A DNA stretch of 51,806 nucleotides, counting the filler, from Trypethelium eluteriae (taxonomy: Eukaryota): assembly GCA_051942245.1 (NCBI GenBank). It is 2 parts of 2 records of this genome, joined end to end, with 100 filler letters (N's around TTAATTAATTAA, not from the genome) between each part and the next. Parts side by side here need not be neighbours in the genome. Positions count along the whole stretch, not along the records: positions 1 to 25,887 come from JAVECL010000362.1; 1 more part is not named here. The stretch is one strand, 5' to 3'. Position 1 is the first letter of the stretch; each line of letters starts with the position of its first letter. The notes under the pieces were generated by a model that was not told the origin of the DNA, did not search any database, and saw nothing but the letters and a program-made list of their open reading frames with translations. The translations under genes and the position numbers were made by a program. This document shows, in pieces, positions 1 through 12,526 of the stretch.

Positions 1-200
1 ATCTGATTGAGATGAATGATGCGTTCGAGATTGGTGGGGGCAGTGATGATGAGGAGCAGCGGGAACGGGAGGCACAGAGGGTGCAGGCGCAGAGGGGGAG
101 GCAGCAGGCTGTTGGATCGACGTCGGGGAGGGAGAGTGGGAGTGCGGTGAGGCCGAGGGCAAGGAGTGGTGCTGGAGCGGGAAAGGGAAAGGAGGATTGA
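1..200 (+). CDS. 3' end of an unidentified gene running in from upstream
   Basis: Frame is open from the window start to TGA at 200; charged low-complexity tail (..AFEIGGGSDDEEQRERE..GKGKED*). Confidence 0.5.
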   Translation, partial: LIEMNDAFEIGGGSDDEEQREREAQRVQAQRGRQQAVGSTSGRESGSAVRPRARSGAGAGKGKED

Positions 201-930
201 ATGAAGGTATGAGCATTGTGGCTGCATGGATTCCGTCGAAAATAGATGCTTGACGGGATACTGTCTGTGTATCTTGTTACTTATTAGTCCGGTGTCTGGC
301 GTGAAGTGAGTGGCGGGTCAGTCAAGACACCTCTGAGTTTTGGGTATCGGAACACTTTGAGCATGGACAAGGCTGCTGGGCAGACATGCGCCTACGTAGA
401 ATTTCGGGCCCATCAATATCGAAAAGGACCGTTTGTCCTATTTTCGCAATTGCTCAGAGAGATCTTCTTGCAAGTGGATGATGGTTTGCTTACATTGGTC
501 AGGGCTCTTGTTTCTGGAATCGCCTCAGCGGAGCTACTCTACACCCTACCAACTGCCTCATGCCCATCGCAAGCGATGGAGCCTCTTCTAGATGATACTC
601 GTCTGCGCTGCAAACCGACATTTATCAGGACCAAAGAAGAATTTCTCTGCCCTTGGTGGACCATAATGCGAGATAGGTATAGTCTCGCTTGGTACTCTTT
701 GATTACATTCAGGCCAACGAAAGTCATTTCTACTATCGGATATTTATCTAAATCTCGTTCCTCGACTGATTTAAGATAGATTATCCCAAGGCTAGATATC
801 AGATGACAATGGCAAAATCTCTACGTCCTTTCTCCACGGAATTACTCCAATAGTTGCACAGCATCTTATGCAATTTTCTAATTCTCTGCTTGCTTTCAAG
901 ATCTTCATTGAAGCTTTTGAACTGTAAATT

Positions 931-1605
931 ATTTCTCTAAAGCCCGCAGACATCGTCTTCGTCACTGGCGGCAATGGCCACGTCGTCCAGCACGTCGTCT
1001 CGCAGTCCCTTAAGCTCCTCCAAGGACCCAGTCTAGTAATCACCACGCCTCGTCCACTGCAGACCTCCATCGTGTCTTCAGCGCCGCCCACTGAACCAGT
1101 CGTCTCGATACTATTCTTCTCTCGACGTTAACGGCCCCAGCAAGTCCGCCAACGCCCTCAATTTTGGCGCCACATCGCCCTCCCCTACCGTTAACCCCTA
1201 AGACGCGAGTGCAATCTGCTCCTCCACACCCACGGCGCGAACGCAGTCCCCAGCCACGCGCTCGCCCAATATCCCTCCACAATCAAAGCTTCTGCACTTA
1301 CCAGCTCCTCCACCTCTATCGTTGAGGCCGCCTGCCACTAGCAACCAGGACGTACATACACTCTAGCGGACTGAAAGTCGGTTACGTACGCCGGGGCAGT
1401 GGATCTGCCGCTTCAGGAGGGCTGACGGAAGGGGGGTCGGTTGCTCCTAGCATTGAATCTAACGTATATCCGTCGCTCCTCAAGATCGGAGGGAAGACGG
1501 AGGCTTAGCCGGAGTTTAACTGCGGGGATGACTGGGGGCAAGAGGCCAAAAGGGAGTGATTATCTGCGATGGATGGGTGAGGAGGACGTGGATATTGAAT
1601 TTCAG
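931..1605 (+). pseudogene. Decayed NAD-dependent epimerase/dehydratase (GRE2/aldehyde reductase-like extended SDR)
   Basis: Manual translation from 931 gives (ATT)SLKPADIVFVTGGNGHVVQHVVSQSL, a Rossmann TGxxGxxA-type motif with ATT where the ATG is expected. Later motifs HIALP, IKASALTSS, QPGRTYTLAD*, LNLTYI and DYLRWMGEEDV follow the family order and are interrupted by stops. Confidence 0.72.
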
Positions 1606-1644
1606 GGGTATGCTGTATTATGAAGTTTGTGTCGCGGAGACTGG

Positions 1645-1646
<2 letters not shown>

Positions 1647-1676
<30 letters not shown>
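1647..1676. repeat. (GT)15 microsatellite
   Basis: Perfect dinucleotide run. Confidence 0.97.
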
Positions 1677-1677
<1 letters not shown>

Positions 1678-3152
1678 CTTTGCTAACTACTGGTATATGG
1701 CGAACGTTATCAAGGACAAATTCCCCGGACCTGGCTGCCTCAGCACCACTGGAGAAAGCAAGTGCTCGTTCAAATTTTTTGAATGGAAGGCCGAGATTGG
1801 TTTGATTGGCAGGTGAAAAGGATACGAAATAGATACTGGGTAATTCAAGGCGCTCCGTAGCTCTGTGTGAATACCTCTAGAACGGATGGACACAGGATGC
1901 ATAAGTGCAGTATTTGAGGAAAGCTGAAGCGTTTGAGAAACCCGCTTCGACAGGGCCAGCATGCGTTCTGGTCTAGCACAATACACTACTTAGCTATCAG
2001 TGTATAGAGTAATACTTAGAAAATCTCCAATCACAGCCGACCCTTCGCCTTTCACAACTCAATTGTTGCAAAGCCTGGACTGAAGATCTCACATTGAGGT
2101 TGGGTACCTCCCGATTTTTCTTTTGGGCCCAGGCATCGGAAGGAGGAGGATGTCTTCTTCGCCCACACGCCCCCGATCTCTTAGCATACTGATAGGAAGA
2201 TTTTCGAGGGAACCTCAGTGAGAGTCGAAGTCCAGCAGGCCAATTTGGTCCGCGTTGGGGTCCTCTTCAGGCAGCAATCAGCCAAGCTCTGATCAGTGCA
2301 CTAAGTACACCCCGTGGGCATCGGGCGTCGTTAGATATTGAGCCGAAGCGGCACGGAAACAGCCGCTAGAACGAGCTGAACTACCATTAAACATTTCGCG
2401 AGAGAGGTATGTAGCTTGGAGGGCAGCAAATTGCCTCTCCTCCAGATCTACTGCTCACGCTAGTAGGTCGTTGCCTTTCTTCTCGTGCCCGGGGCTAACG
2501 CTAATGCTCTTATATCGAGTAGTGGGTGTTGGTCGTTCTCGTCTTTTAGCGCTCGAAACCTCCAGCTTCGCCGGTGTCGCCGAGTGCATTCGGCTTCGGA
2601 ATATGAAGCAAAGCAGGGCTTGAGAGCCCCGAGATCCTTATGAGCGAAGTCAGCGTATTTATCTCGTAACAAACTAGTATACTGTGCGTGATGGAAAAGG
2701 GATCTTAGACCATCACCACGTACCGTCTGAAGTAGACCTTTCAACTTCCGTCCTTGAGATCATGGCTGCTTACAGCTGCGGTTAAACGAGGCCAAGCGTC
2801 ACTAATGTATGTCATGTTCTACCTTTCTCTTTCCTGCACTTGCTTGTATAGGCTTACTATCCTTCAGCCCCAAAGCCTCCGCCTTGTCAGCGTTCATCGA
2901 AATTGACGAACAGATCGGTCTCGATCATGGCAGCGATTACTCGGGACAGCCCAACATGATATGCCATATGCAGTACCTGCCTTTTCCCGTTCCAAAGGTT
3001 GCACAGCGGCTCTCCGTGTGTTGCAGATTTAGCAATATTAATTCCCCATTGACCCCTTCGCCTTTCTCCAGATGATACACATCCTTGAATTCACGAAATT
3101 TGTATTATCAGCCACACTTGGAAGACCTTCGTGTCTCTCCCTTCAAGAGACC

Positions 3153-4618
3153 ATGGCGTCCCTTTCAAATGCTACCCCTGAGCAACTGCAAGCAATACTG
3201 AATGGACCTGCACTTCCGCCCCCACCAGGAGTTCAACCCAACTTCATTGACCCACACAACTTTTGGCTTGTGGGAGTTATTGTGGTTTCATTGGGGTTCT
3301 CCATTGCAACGCTTTCTCTGATGATGAGGCTCTACACCAGATGTTTCATTATGCGTCAAGTAGGAATAGAAGATTGTGGGTCTCCTTCAAGACTGTCTTC
3401 CCCGTGTAGCAGAGCTAACTGGTTCCAGACACAATCTCCGTTGGATGGGTACATCATGTTTCTTCGGAATTTGTGTAGAACTTCTACTGACAAGCATTTA
3501 GGGTCTATTTTGCGCGTTCAGCGCATATTGCCTACTGGTCAATCATCTTGCGCCCGGAATCCACCAATGGGACCTTCAATTGCAATACCTTGGAAACTAC
3601 CTATATGTATTGTGCCTATCTCCATATTGCTAGAACTTGTTAGCTGACTTCTTGATCAAGAAAGTGCGCGTTGTCGGAGTTCTCTACGGATTCTGTATCA
3701 TGCTTATCAAAATAGCTATCTTGCTTCAATATGTGCACATTTTCGTACCCAGAGGTAAAGCGAAAACCAATAGAATATGGTGGGCATGCTACAGTCTCAT
3801 TTGGGTCCATGTTGTCTATTACCTTGTATTTGTCCTTTGCCAGATCTTCGCCTGTACTCCCATTGCCAAAGCTTGGGATCCTCTGATCACGACCGGTCAT
3901 TGCATCAGCACTTCCGCTCTCGAAGCTGCAACAGGCGGTCTGAATTGTATATCAGATATCATCATTTTGATCCTACCTCAACTACGTATCTGGAAATTGC
4001 AGATGTCAAGGAAGAAAAAGATACAGCTTTCCCTCATCTTTCTTTCTGGAATCCTGTAGGTCCCTCAACCCCCCACGCAGCGCCACATACTCGATGACGA
4101 GATACTATTACGGGACCAAGCTAATACTTTGTAGTGCCAGCGTGTCATCTATTGCGCGATTTGTGTATTCGTGTTTGCTTGCCCAGACAACCGATTATAC
4201 GTACTACACCTGGCTTGTCGGCATTTGGACCATACCGGAACTGTCCTTTGCCATCGTTGTCGCTTGTCTCCCAGTTTCAGGCAAATTTGTGCAGGCGATC
4301 AAAGCATCCAAGGTCTTCTCACATTTGAGCTCTCTGTCCGGCTCGCGCCTTCGCCTTGGCTCGAGTGGGAAGCTCAACAGCACCACCATTAATGGCCACA
4401 ACCACTGGAAAGATTCGTCTTCTACACAGCGTGGTAGAGTTTGGCCTACGAGCAACTATCCACATCTACTGGACGCTGACGAGAAAATTAATAATGCCAC
4501 AACCATTGGCCACGGCAACGGTGTGGAAAATACCATTGGCGGGACACGGCCGAGCAGGGAGGATGGGTCCAATCGTATCTTCGTCATGAGGGAGGTTGAT
4601 ATTGCAGAAACAGTATAG
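3153..4618 (+). CDS. PTH11-like integral membrane protein (fungal rhodopsin-domain GPCR-like), no CFEM domain
   Basis: PALPPPPGVQPNFIDP, RLYTR..IED, GIHQWD, IKIAILLQY, FACTPIAKAWDP..GHC, SDIIILILP..IWKLQM, E..FAIVVACLP. Introns at about 3376-3428, 3449-3501, 3607-3660 and 4056-4134. Confidence 0.93.
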
Positions 4619-5455
4619 ACCGACTGAAAGAAGTTGGGATTGGTTAGCCATTGATGGCCCCTGGACCTCTACGCGGATGTCGAAGGCCGTCTCGCGACTG
4701 GCTTTGGATAGGCGATCGACTAAAGCCACCAAGAATTGATATCATTAAACGATTCGCTTTACCAAATGGCAAAGAAAGCCAAAAGAGCTTGCGCCGCATG
4801 ACGTCTTGCCTTGAATTCCCAAGCATTATGGCAAAGTTCAGCGCGGGACGCAAGCGAGGCGCGTTCGTAGCGCTGCTCCTGCAAGCCTCTGTCTCGGCTA
4901 AGAGGACGAGATAACATACCGACAATATGCAGGACGATAATTTCTTTTGCATGCCACTTGGCCCCCATAAATTCTGAGCTGTAGTGTGTAGCTACGTCAC
5001 CAACTAATCGTCAAGGAAACTTATCGCTAGACTACATTTTCGCGAAGCATATCGAGCGCTACCCCTTCTTAAGCGTAGTGCACCATAGCAAATACAAGCC
5101 ATGATGTCGATGAGATTATCCTGACGATGGTTTGGGAAGTATTAGAGCATTATGTATACCTAAACTCTACATCAGGACAGAAGCCCCGTAATCGGGGGTT
5201 ATTTAATCGAACGTGTGCGGTAGTTTGAGAAAATACCGCAAGCGTTCAAGTTAAAAAGGAAAGAACAATATGTGAACAGTATACACTCTGTTTGGGAAGC
5301 CACAATCGGTTTTGGAACCCCCCGTGGACCGCTGATGTAGCCTCCGCATTTACACCTGAGTGTAGATGCTCCTCGTCACACCTGCCATTACCCATCACCT
5401 CGCCTCTCGCCCCAGCTCGTTCCATCGAATGCCTCCTCGCTTCCGATCCAGAGTT

Positions 5456-5863
5456 TCATAACCATGGCTGCATATAGGGACTCATCTCCTCATTCTCTTC
5501 TTGCTCCACAAGCCTTACGGTCGGGTTCCCAACACCGCTGCACTCTGCCTCTTTACTCTCACTGACCATTTCCTCTCCTTTCTTCGGCGTTAGCTCTCTC
5601 TCCTCTGTGCCCCTGACACCTCTTTTGTCTAACTTCTTCAGCCTCGCAACGTCGTCCTTTCCGGGTATTCCGAGCCCAAACAACGTCTGACGTCCCCATG
5701 CGCAGAACCGGAACTTCGCTCGTCGCCACCAAGAAGATCGGCGTCGAATGTTGCGGTCGGCCTCTTCGAGGCGTGAGCGCCCGATGCAGACATGCGGATT
5801 GCGCGTTGTAGCGACTGACGCGCACGGGTAAACGAGGACGTTTTGGGAGTTGTAGAGACACAT
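5456..5863 (-). CDS. Small hypothetical protein (135 aa)
   Basis: ATG at 5863 opens MCLYNSQNVLVYPCASV..; no recognisable domain. Confidence 0.35.
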   Translation of the reverse strand: MCLYNSQNVLVYPCASVATTRNPHVCIGRSRLEEADRNIRRRSSWWRRAKFRFCAWGRQTLFGLGIPGKDDVARLKKLDKRGVRGTEERELTPKKGEEMVSESKEAECSGVGNPTVRLVEQEENEEMSPYMQPWL

Positions 5864-6389
5864 GATAATTTCACCGATGGATAGTGTGGATAGCGATGAG
5901 GGTCGAACGGATGTTTTGGTTAAATGATCGTTTTGCTTGCGCGGAGACTGATGATAATAGACGTATCTGATAGCCGTTGCGCGCAAGGTAATTTTGCGAA
6001 CTTGAGAGAGGATGGTTATGGGAGGGAACGAGGACAGCACATCGTGGGTAAAAAGGAGCCTTTTGACGGCCGACTGATAATCCAGAGGCGGGACTCAGCT
6101 CTCTGTGGGTCGAATTTGGGGTTAAGCTTCAGAGTTGAACCATGGCGCAGTTGACTGCTTCCCCTCCATGGTCGAGAGAGCAACAGAGGAAGCCTGGCCA
6201 ATGTCTTTGTCCTTTGCGTAAGCATGACACAGCTAAGACGTAAGTGTTGTAGTAAGTCATCAGTGAAAGTCCTTATACTTAGCTATCCGGCCAAGCCCAT
6301 ACTTCTACAGCATAAATTTAGCTTGTCATCATCACCACGAGCGCCTTTGCTATGCAGGAACATTGCCAAGCCCCAGATGCAGACGAATT

Positions 6390-9008
6390 TTAAGTAGGTA
6401 GACCGCGCTTCTCGCTTTCGCTGAAGAAGATAATCATACGCCAGACCTTCTTTACGAGGTTTTCTGCTGCATCTTCGTCGAGAGCCTGGCAAGTGTTAGC
6501 AAGAGTAATATCCAAGATATGCAGAGACTCACCATCGACAATTCTTCCACCAGCGCTTGTGGCCCGCCTTTGTTCTGAATGTGATTTTCCACAACATTCA
6601 CCAGCATCTGCTCCTGCACCCCAACATACTCGACGATCTTCTTCTCCACAAATGGCCTCAACTGCTGCCCTATCACACTGTCTTCCATGTAGTCCCATTG
6701 CACGCTCCAAGCCCACAGTCCCTCCTTGTCCGTAGGGATGTCCTGCGCTAATTGCCTCACCGCCTGCATCCGCTCTTCCTCGGTCAAGTGCTCTGTCTCT
6801 TCCTTCGTATCGAATTTGATCGGCTTTAGCGTCCTCTTCTGCGTCTCGCCCACTTCCTCTTCGTCTTCCAACATATTCTCCACTTCCGCAATGGTACGGC
6901 GTGGTTTGGCTTGTTGGGCCTTCTGCGCGGCCGCACTGCCAAGCGACATCTTGAATCGCTGCGGTTCGCGAGTAGGCATCTGTGCTCGGGCCTCCATCTC
7001 CTGTGCTTGACGATCGAGGAACGCGTCCGCCAGTCCACGTAAATGATCCTTCTTCTGCTGTTCTTTGGCGTTCTCATGATCTTCTTCGGCGCGGTCTAGC
7101 TCATCATCATTTCCTTCTCGTACTTTAAATGCACCGCGGTTTCGCAGCCAGACGGAGCGGTCCTGATAGTACTCTTCTTCTCTACGCTTTTCCTCGCCAT
7201 CATCATTCCATTCACCGAGGCGCTTAGCGACGTTATCTTTTTCCGTCTCAATTTCGGCATCGTATTTGTCGTCTCGATTTTTCTCTCGTTCGATGGCGGC
7301 TGTCTTGAAACGCTCACGACTAAGCCATGCGCGTTCTCGATCTAGATTCCGCTTTTCTGCATCATTTCTCTTCTTGTCTTTGCGTCGACGCTCGAGCTCG
7401 CTATCACTGGCAGAGTCGGAGTCATCTTCCCTCTTGACCCAGGACTTGGTGTTGAGACCCGAGCCGTTTACGAACGCGACGCCTTTCTGGTAGTCTTTGG
7501 GAATTTGTACACCAGTGAAAGCTTTAGGGCCTGTAGGTGCGCCTGCAACATTGCGATCTCGAGGTCCTAAGGGAATGCCATTAGCACCCCCTGCAGGACC
7601 ACTTGGTGCAGCTAGAGGGGGCGAGGCGAGGCGGCTGACGCGAGATCCACTGATTCTGGCCTTTTCCTTGGCTTCCATTTCCTCTTCTTTTCTCAAGCGC
7701 TCCATATCCCTTTTGTTGCTTCTCTCTCTAAATGCTGAGATTTCCTGAGCTACTATTTCACGCATCTCCGCTGGGATATCTGAAAGTTCGTCTTCTTGCG
7801 AAAGAGGAATAGTGACAATTTCCTCAGCATTTGCAGACTTTGACTGCTCTCCGTTTTGCATGGCAGTATCTCCATCGGCATCGGTTCTGGCAGCGGAATT
7901 GCTCAAGTGAGCATGTGCATTGCGGACGTTGGCGAGAGCAGATTCGAGGTCTTCGCGCACGGAGTCAAGGCGAAACTGTTTAGCAGTAGGATCTTCCTGG
8001 CCTTTACGGCTGGCCCATTCCTCAATATAGTTGTAAGAGTTTTCATCCACAGAGACCTAAGGATTGTCAGGAGCTCATCTCACTGGTATAAGGAAATAAC
8101 GGATGTTATAGAGCGCTAGTGAAGGAGGACTGGGGTTATAGAGGGAGGGCAAGGAGAAGGAAAACGAGATCAGCCTGTTAGAGTGAAGTTGAGACGTACT
8201 AAAAGATTGGATTTCTTCTTTTCATCATCTTCGTCCTCTTCTTTCCTCGCACTGTTCTCCTGACTTGGGACGAGGACGTCGATGTCCTTCTCCTTGAGAA
8301 CTTCCGCAGCAGTGCCTAAGCTATCGACATCCTCATATTCTGCGAGGCCCATGCCTGTAGGCTTGCCCTCTGTATCCATGATGCGTGCCCATCGCTTGAG
8401 GGTGCCTACTGTGCGCAGAATCCCTTCCAGCTCGTCGTCCTTGACATCGTTTGGAATTTTGCCTACAAATATCGAACGAGCAACTTCCTCTCTCGTAGGT
8501 GGCGCCAACGGTATGATTGGCTCTCGCATCTGCTTTTGCTGATCCTGACCCGCGCCCAAACCGGCTCTCCGTGGGTTCGTTTGTTGTGAGCCATAGCTGG
8601 AACTTGTTTTTGCTTGTGGTGCATCTGAGCCCCCAGAGACGCCGAGTCGGATGACTTGAGCATTGAAATTGATATTCGGCATGTTCGGTGGAGGCTGGAA
8701 ATTGGCTGGGAAACCAGGCACGGATGGCGTTTGCATCTGTTGCATGCCAGGCGGTGGCGAAACACCTGGCGCAGCCATTCCAGGAGCTTTACACTGGTCA
8801 GATGTATAGTTCAAAGTAATTTCGGATGTAATCTCACCATTCGCTGTTCCTGGAGCAGGTCCAAGGCCCGGCATCCCTGGTGTAGTCGCCGGTTGGCCTG
8901 GATAGTTGCCATAGCTTGGTTGGCGGCCAAATTGACCGGGAGCTGGGACATGAGTATGTCTTAAAGCCTTCAACGGGGAGAGAGATACGTACCCTGATAA
9001 CCATACAT
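6390..9008 (-). CDS. SNU71: U1 snRNP-associated protein Snu71/Usp107 (RBM25-like; RRM plus PWI)
   Basis: RRM (SIFVGKIP..GLAEYED), R/E/D-rich middle region, PWI domain (IPTDKEGLWAWSVQW..LRPFVEKKIVEYVGVQEQMLV..VKKVWRMIIFFSE). 16-nt first exon MYGYQ; canonical introns. Confidence 0.92.
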
Positions 9009-9406
9009 GCTGCGATATGGAAAATTCAAAGAGACTAAGTAGTCTTAGGAAAGAAAAGCTGGCCGGCCTCGGCCCTTGAAGTATGTATGGCGCGCAGTCG
9101 TGTCACTCGTGAAATTTTAGGGAAAAAGGCGCGAGGGTTGGATGAGCTTCAAGAGCCGTGCGCGATGAGTCACAAGGTACACGACGCGTCGAATTAATCG
9201 CTTGGAGGTGAATGCAGAAAGTGTAGCAAATGGAGTGATGGCAGTGAGTGAGGATCTTCGACGCTAAGTTGCGGCTCAAAAAAATGTCAAGCTCTCGTCC
9301 TTGCCAAACCTCCGTCAACAGGTACGCCTCAAAAGATGATCCTCCTCAAACAGACCAGACCTTGGCTGAGCAGACATTAGCTTACCAAAGTCTTCTTTAT
9401 TATTCG

Positions 9407-10240
9407 ATGGAGTTTCTACGCTCAGGCGAGTTATTGCTACGCCAACATTCTCCCTTTCTCTGGAGTTTCCTCGCACTGTCAGTCGCACCACGACCTGCAC
9501 TGCGTCGTGGCTGCCAAATCGTTGCGCTTCCTACCTCATTACGAAACCACGCGCACAGGAGATGCCTCTCTCAAACTGCTAGCAATGCGCAGGAAGCGCC
9601 AGCCGCAGCCCCCCAGAAAGACAGTCATCACAGCGAATCATCCACCTCTAAAGGATATCCAGAGAGTCAAGAACAGAAAAATGCTCGATTATTCGATGGC
9701 CTCCTAAGCCCTACAGGTCATCCAACTCCGACTCGTGGTCCACCAAATCCCGGTGCTTCTCCATCGCGTGCCCAACCTGGCAATCGCTCGCAATTTGGTT
9801 CATCTCACATGGACGTTGAACAGGCCTTTAGCAGTGAGAATTTCAAGGGGGGCTTCAGGCGTTCTAGTGGCATTGATGTATCTCGCATGGCAGACCCGTC
9901 TACAAGATCGTCCCCGTCGAAAGAGAAGGAATGGACCACCTCAGCTGGCCCTCCTTTGCCGGAAAAGATCTCACTACCTCCTATGCGTCTTGGGCCTCGT
10001 GCCGGTCGTAGTGTTAATATCGATGCGAGAAAGAATATGGATGTTGGTCGGGCGTTCAGGCAATTGGACACCTTGGTTTCAAGGAACCGCATCCGGTCTG
10101 ATTTCGCGAAGCAGAGGTTTCACGAGCGACCGGGATTGAAAAGGAAACGATTAAAAAGTGAAAGATGGAGGAAGAGGTTCAAAGTAGCATTCAAGGCTAC
10201 GGTAGCAAGGGTAAAGGAATTGAAGAGAAAAGGGTGGTGA
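9407..10240 (+). CDS. MRP21: Mitochondrial ribosomal protein bS21m
   Basis: C-terminal S21 domain (AFRQLDTLVSRNRIRSDFAKQRFHERPGLKRKRLKSERWRKRF..KGW) after an Arg/Ser-rich presequence. Divergent from SNU71. Confidence 0.9.
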   Translation: MEFLRSGELLLRQHSPFLWSFLALSVAPRPALRRGCQIVALPTSLRNHAHRRCLSQTASNAQEAPAAAPQKDSHHSESSTSKGYPESQEQKNARLFDGLLSPTGHPTPTRGPPNPGASPSRAQPGNRSQFGSSHMDVEQAFSSENFKGGFRRSSGIDVSRMADPSTRSSPSKEKEWTTSAGPPLPEKISLPPMRLGPRAGRSVNIDARKNMDVGRAFRQLDTLVSRNRIRSDFAKQRFHERPGLKRKRLKSERWRKRFKVAFKATVARVKELKRKGW

Positions 10241-10779
10241 GGCAGTTATTGTTGGATTGCACGGCCCCAATACACGCATTTCAGATTCATGGCGTTCTCA
10301 GGCGAGTATGCGACACAAATCAATCCGGAAGCCCTGATAGTGGGTCTGCATGTGCACCAGTGTCCTGCCTGTAAATTTCAGAGTGGGCTTAATGCCTTGA
10401 GACTTCTCAAATATTATGGATACCTATCATTGGGCACTTGACATCAACATTGACATTGAAAGGCGTGAGTCAGCCGTGATGTCGTGTATATCATGACCTA
10501 CAGGCCGTGGATTCCCCTTCGACTGCCGTGAACGTGAGGACTGGCCAGAACAGCATCATCTGCGGATTCGTTGCTTAGGGGACCAATTAGTTAGCCATTA
10601 GAATGGTCTGGTAAGGACTATGCTTGTGTGGGGATTCGCTGATTGAATACTAGCCTCGAAAAACATGGCACGTCACTCTTGTTGGGCGATCACAAAGTGG
10701 TTCATCCAATTTCATCATAACTATATAGACAGCCGTTTTAGTCCACACGCCATGGATATGCTTTGAAAAGGTACTAGTT

Positions 10780-11744
10780 TCAGGTTGATTTCTTCGCGAA
10801 CTCGACCTTTAAGATCAAGTGACCGAAGCCATCTGGGGAAGGAGTTAGCATCACAAAGGATAGGATCAGTTGACGAGAACTTACAGCCATCCATCTTCTC
10901 GCATGCTCTCGCAGCATCAGCCCGATCCAAGAAGCTCACAAACGCAAATCCCTTCGCCCTTCCCGTCTCCCTATCTTTCGCCAAAAACACCCTCGTTACC
11001 CGTCCAAACCTCTCAAACATCTCTCTCAAGTCATTCTCCTCCGCAAACTCACTTACATTCGTTACTCTCAGCGTCGCCAAATCATCCCTCTCATACTTCC
11101 CACCCATCCTCTCCCCAGTCCCCGCTCCACCCTTCCTCAAATGAGGCGGCACATAACTACTCCCACTCGTGCCCAACCCGCCCGCCGGCGCATCCTCCAA
11201 CCCAAGATCCCCCGGCGTCGTCCCAGGCTCTCCTTCCGGCGCCATCGTATCCTTGAACGGACACTTCGTCGTAAAGTGGTCACCGCTACAGATCCGACAC
11301 TTGATGCTCACGTTCTTCAGCGCATCCTTCTGCGTCTTCGCGCTCTCATTCTCCTTCTCGGCACCCCCAGGCTTGAACCCCGCCTGCGGCCGAAACACGA
11401 TGTTCTCGCCGACACTCGTGGTGTCGGTTTGCGGGCCTAAGGGGCGACCGGCTTCGGCGCCGAATTTGGCCCACTGCCGGCGCTCGGCGACGCGGGGGTT
11501 GACTTTCTCGCGGATTACCGTCTTTTTGATGCGTCGGGTCTGCTTGACTTTTTGGCCATCGTCGCGGATGACGAAGGTCACGATGGTTTCGCTGCCGTCT
11601 TTGTTTTTCGTAATTTGGGGCGCGGGGAGGGCGGTGGCGAGGTCTTCGTCTTCTGCTTCGGCGGCCCAATCGGTGCGGCTGGGATAATGTCAGCTATGTG
11701 GGAGAGCAAAGGGGATGCTTGACGTACCCTGCTGTTAGAGACAT
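10780..11744 (-). CDS. TIF35: Translation initiation factor eIF3 subunit g
   Basis: DWAE N-terminus, Zn knuckle [21 protein letters not shown], and RRM ([33 protein letters not shown]). Two introns. Confidence 0.97.
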
Positions 11745-12526
11745 ATTAACAGGAGGAGGACTGGAGTGAGAGATGGGGCCTTTGGTGGAGGTTGGGAGAG
11801 ATGCAGTGATAGCTGACGGAGTATGCAGGTCTTAAAACGGCATATGTAGTGAGATCCTCAAAGATATGAGGGGACACCTGAAATCCAAGGCGGACTGTCT
11901 TTGTCAGTCTGCGGATCAGGGCTAGGACTGGGAGTAGTCAGGTTATGTAGGTCCAAATCGAAATCGTCTTAGAGGTGCTAAGAAAAAGTACATGTAGTTT
12001 GGTGGGGCACTTCGTTCTGACCATATTTATGCAAGGCGGTCAGCATTGTGCACTCTACACAAAACATCATAACTCCAGCCGGCCGTGGACTCGAGCCACC
12101 TTTTCCGGTGGAACTTCGTCTACGCGTCCATTGAGGATCAAATCACAACGCATAGGTACTGTTTCCACAAAACTTTCCGTCCCGATGGTGTACTGTGTCA
12201 TTGTGCTCTGTCTGTCTCAAGGGGTCTATGAACATGTAGTCTGCGCTCCTAAGCCTTCATGATTCCTCTGATAGCAAGAGTTCAATCAAATACTAGGTAT
12301 CTCTAGTTGCTTCTAGCGTTAAGCTTCCCAAAAGCTAGTCATTGGAAGAAGTTCAGGATGAGCCATCCGCGAACAAGATTCACGCGTCGTACGCATGAGT
12401 TTTGATGATGGCTCAATGATATCATGCCGGGCCAAAGTCAATCCACCTTTTGTACTATAAAGCAAGGTAAGGGATCCGCATGGCTTAGACTGTCCGCGTC
12501 CTATTTTCTTTTCCTACTCTTCAAAG

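Noticed and set aside
306..779. 157-aa ORF with F-box-like FSQLLREIFLQV
   Set aside because: GTG start, a weak motif and no other support.
10785..11687. Plus-strand ORFs over eIF3g
   Set aside because: Antisense shadows of a codon-biased gene.
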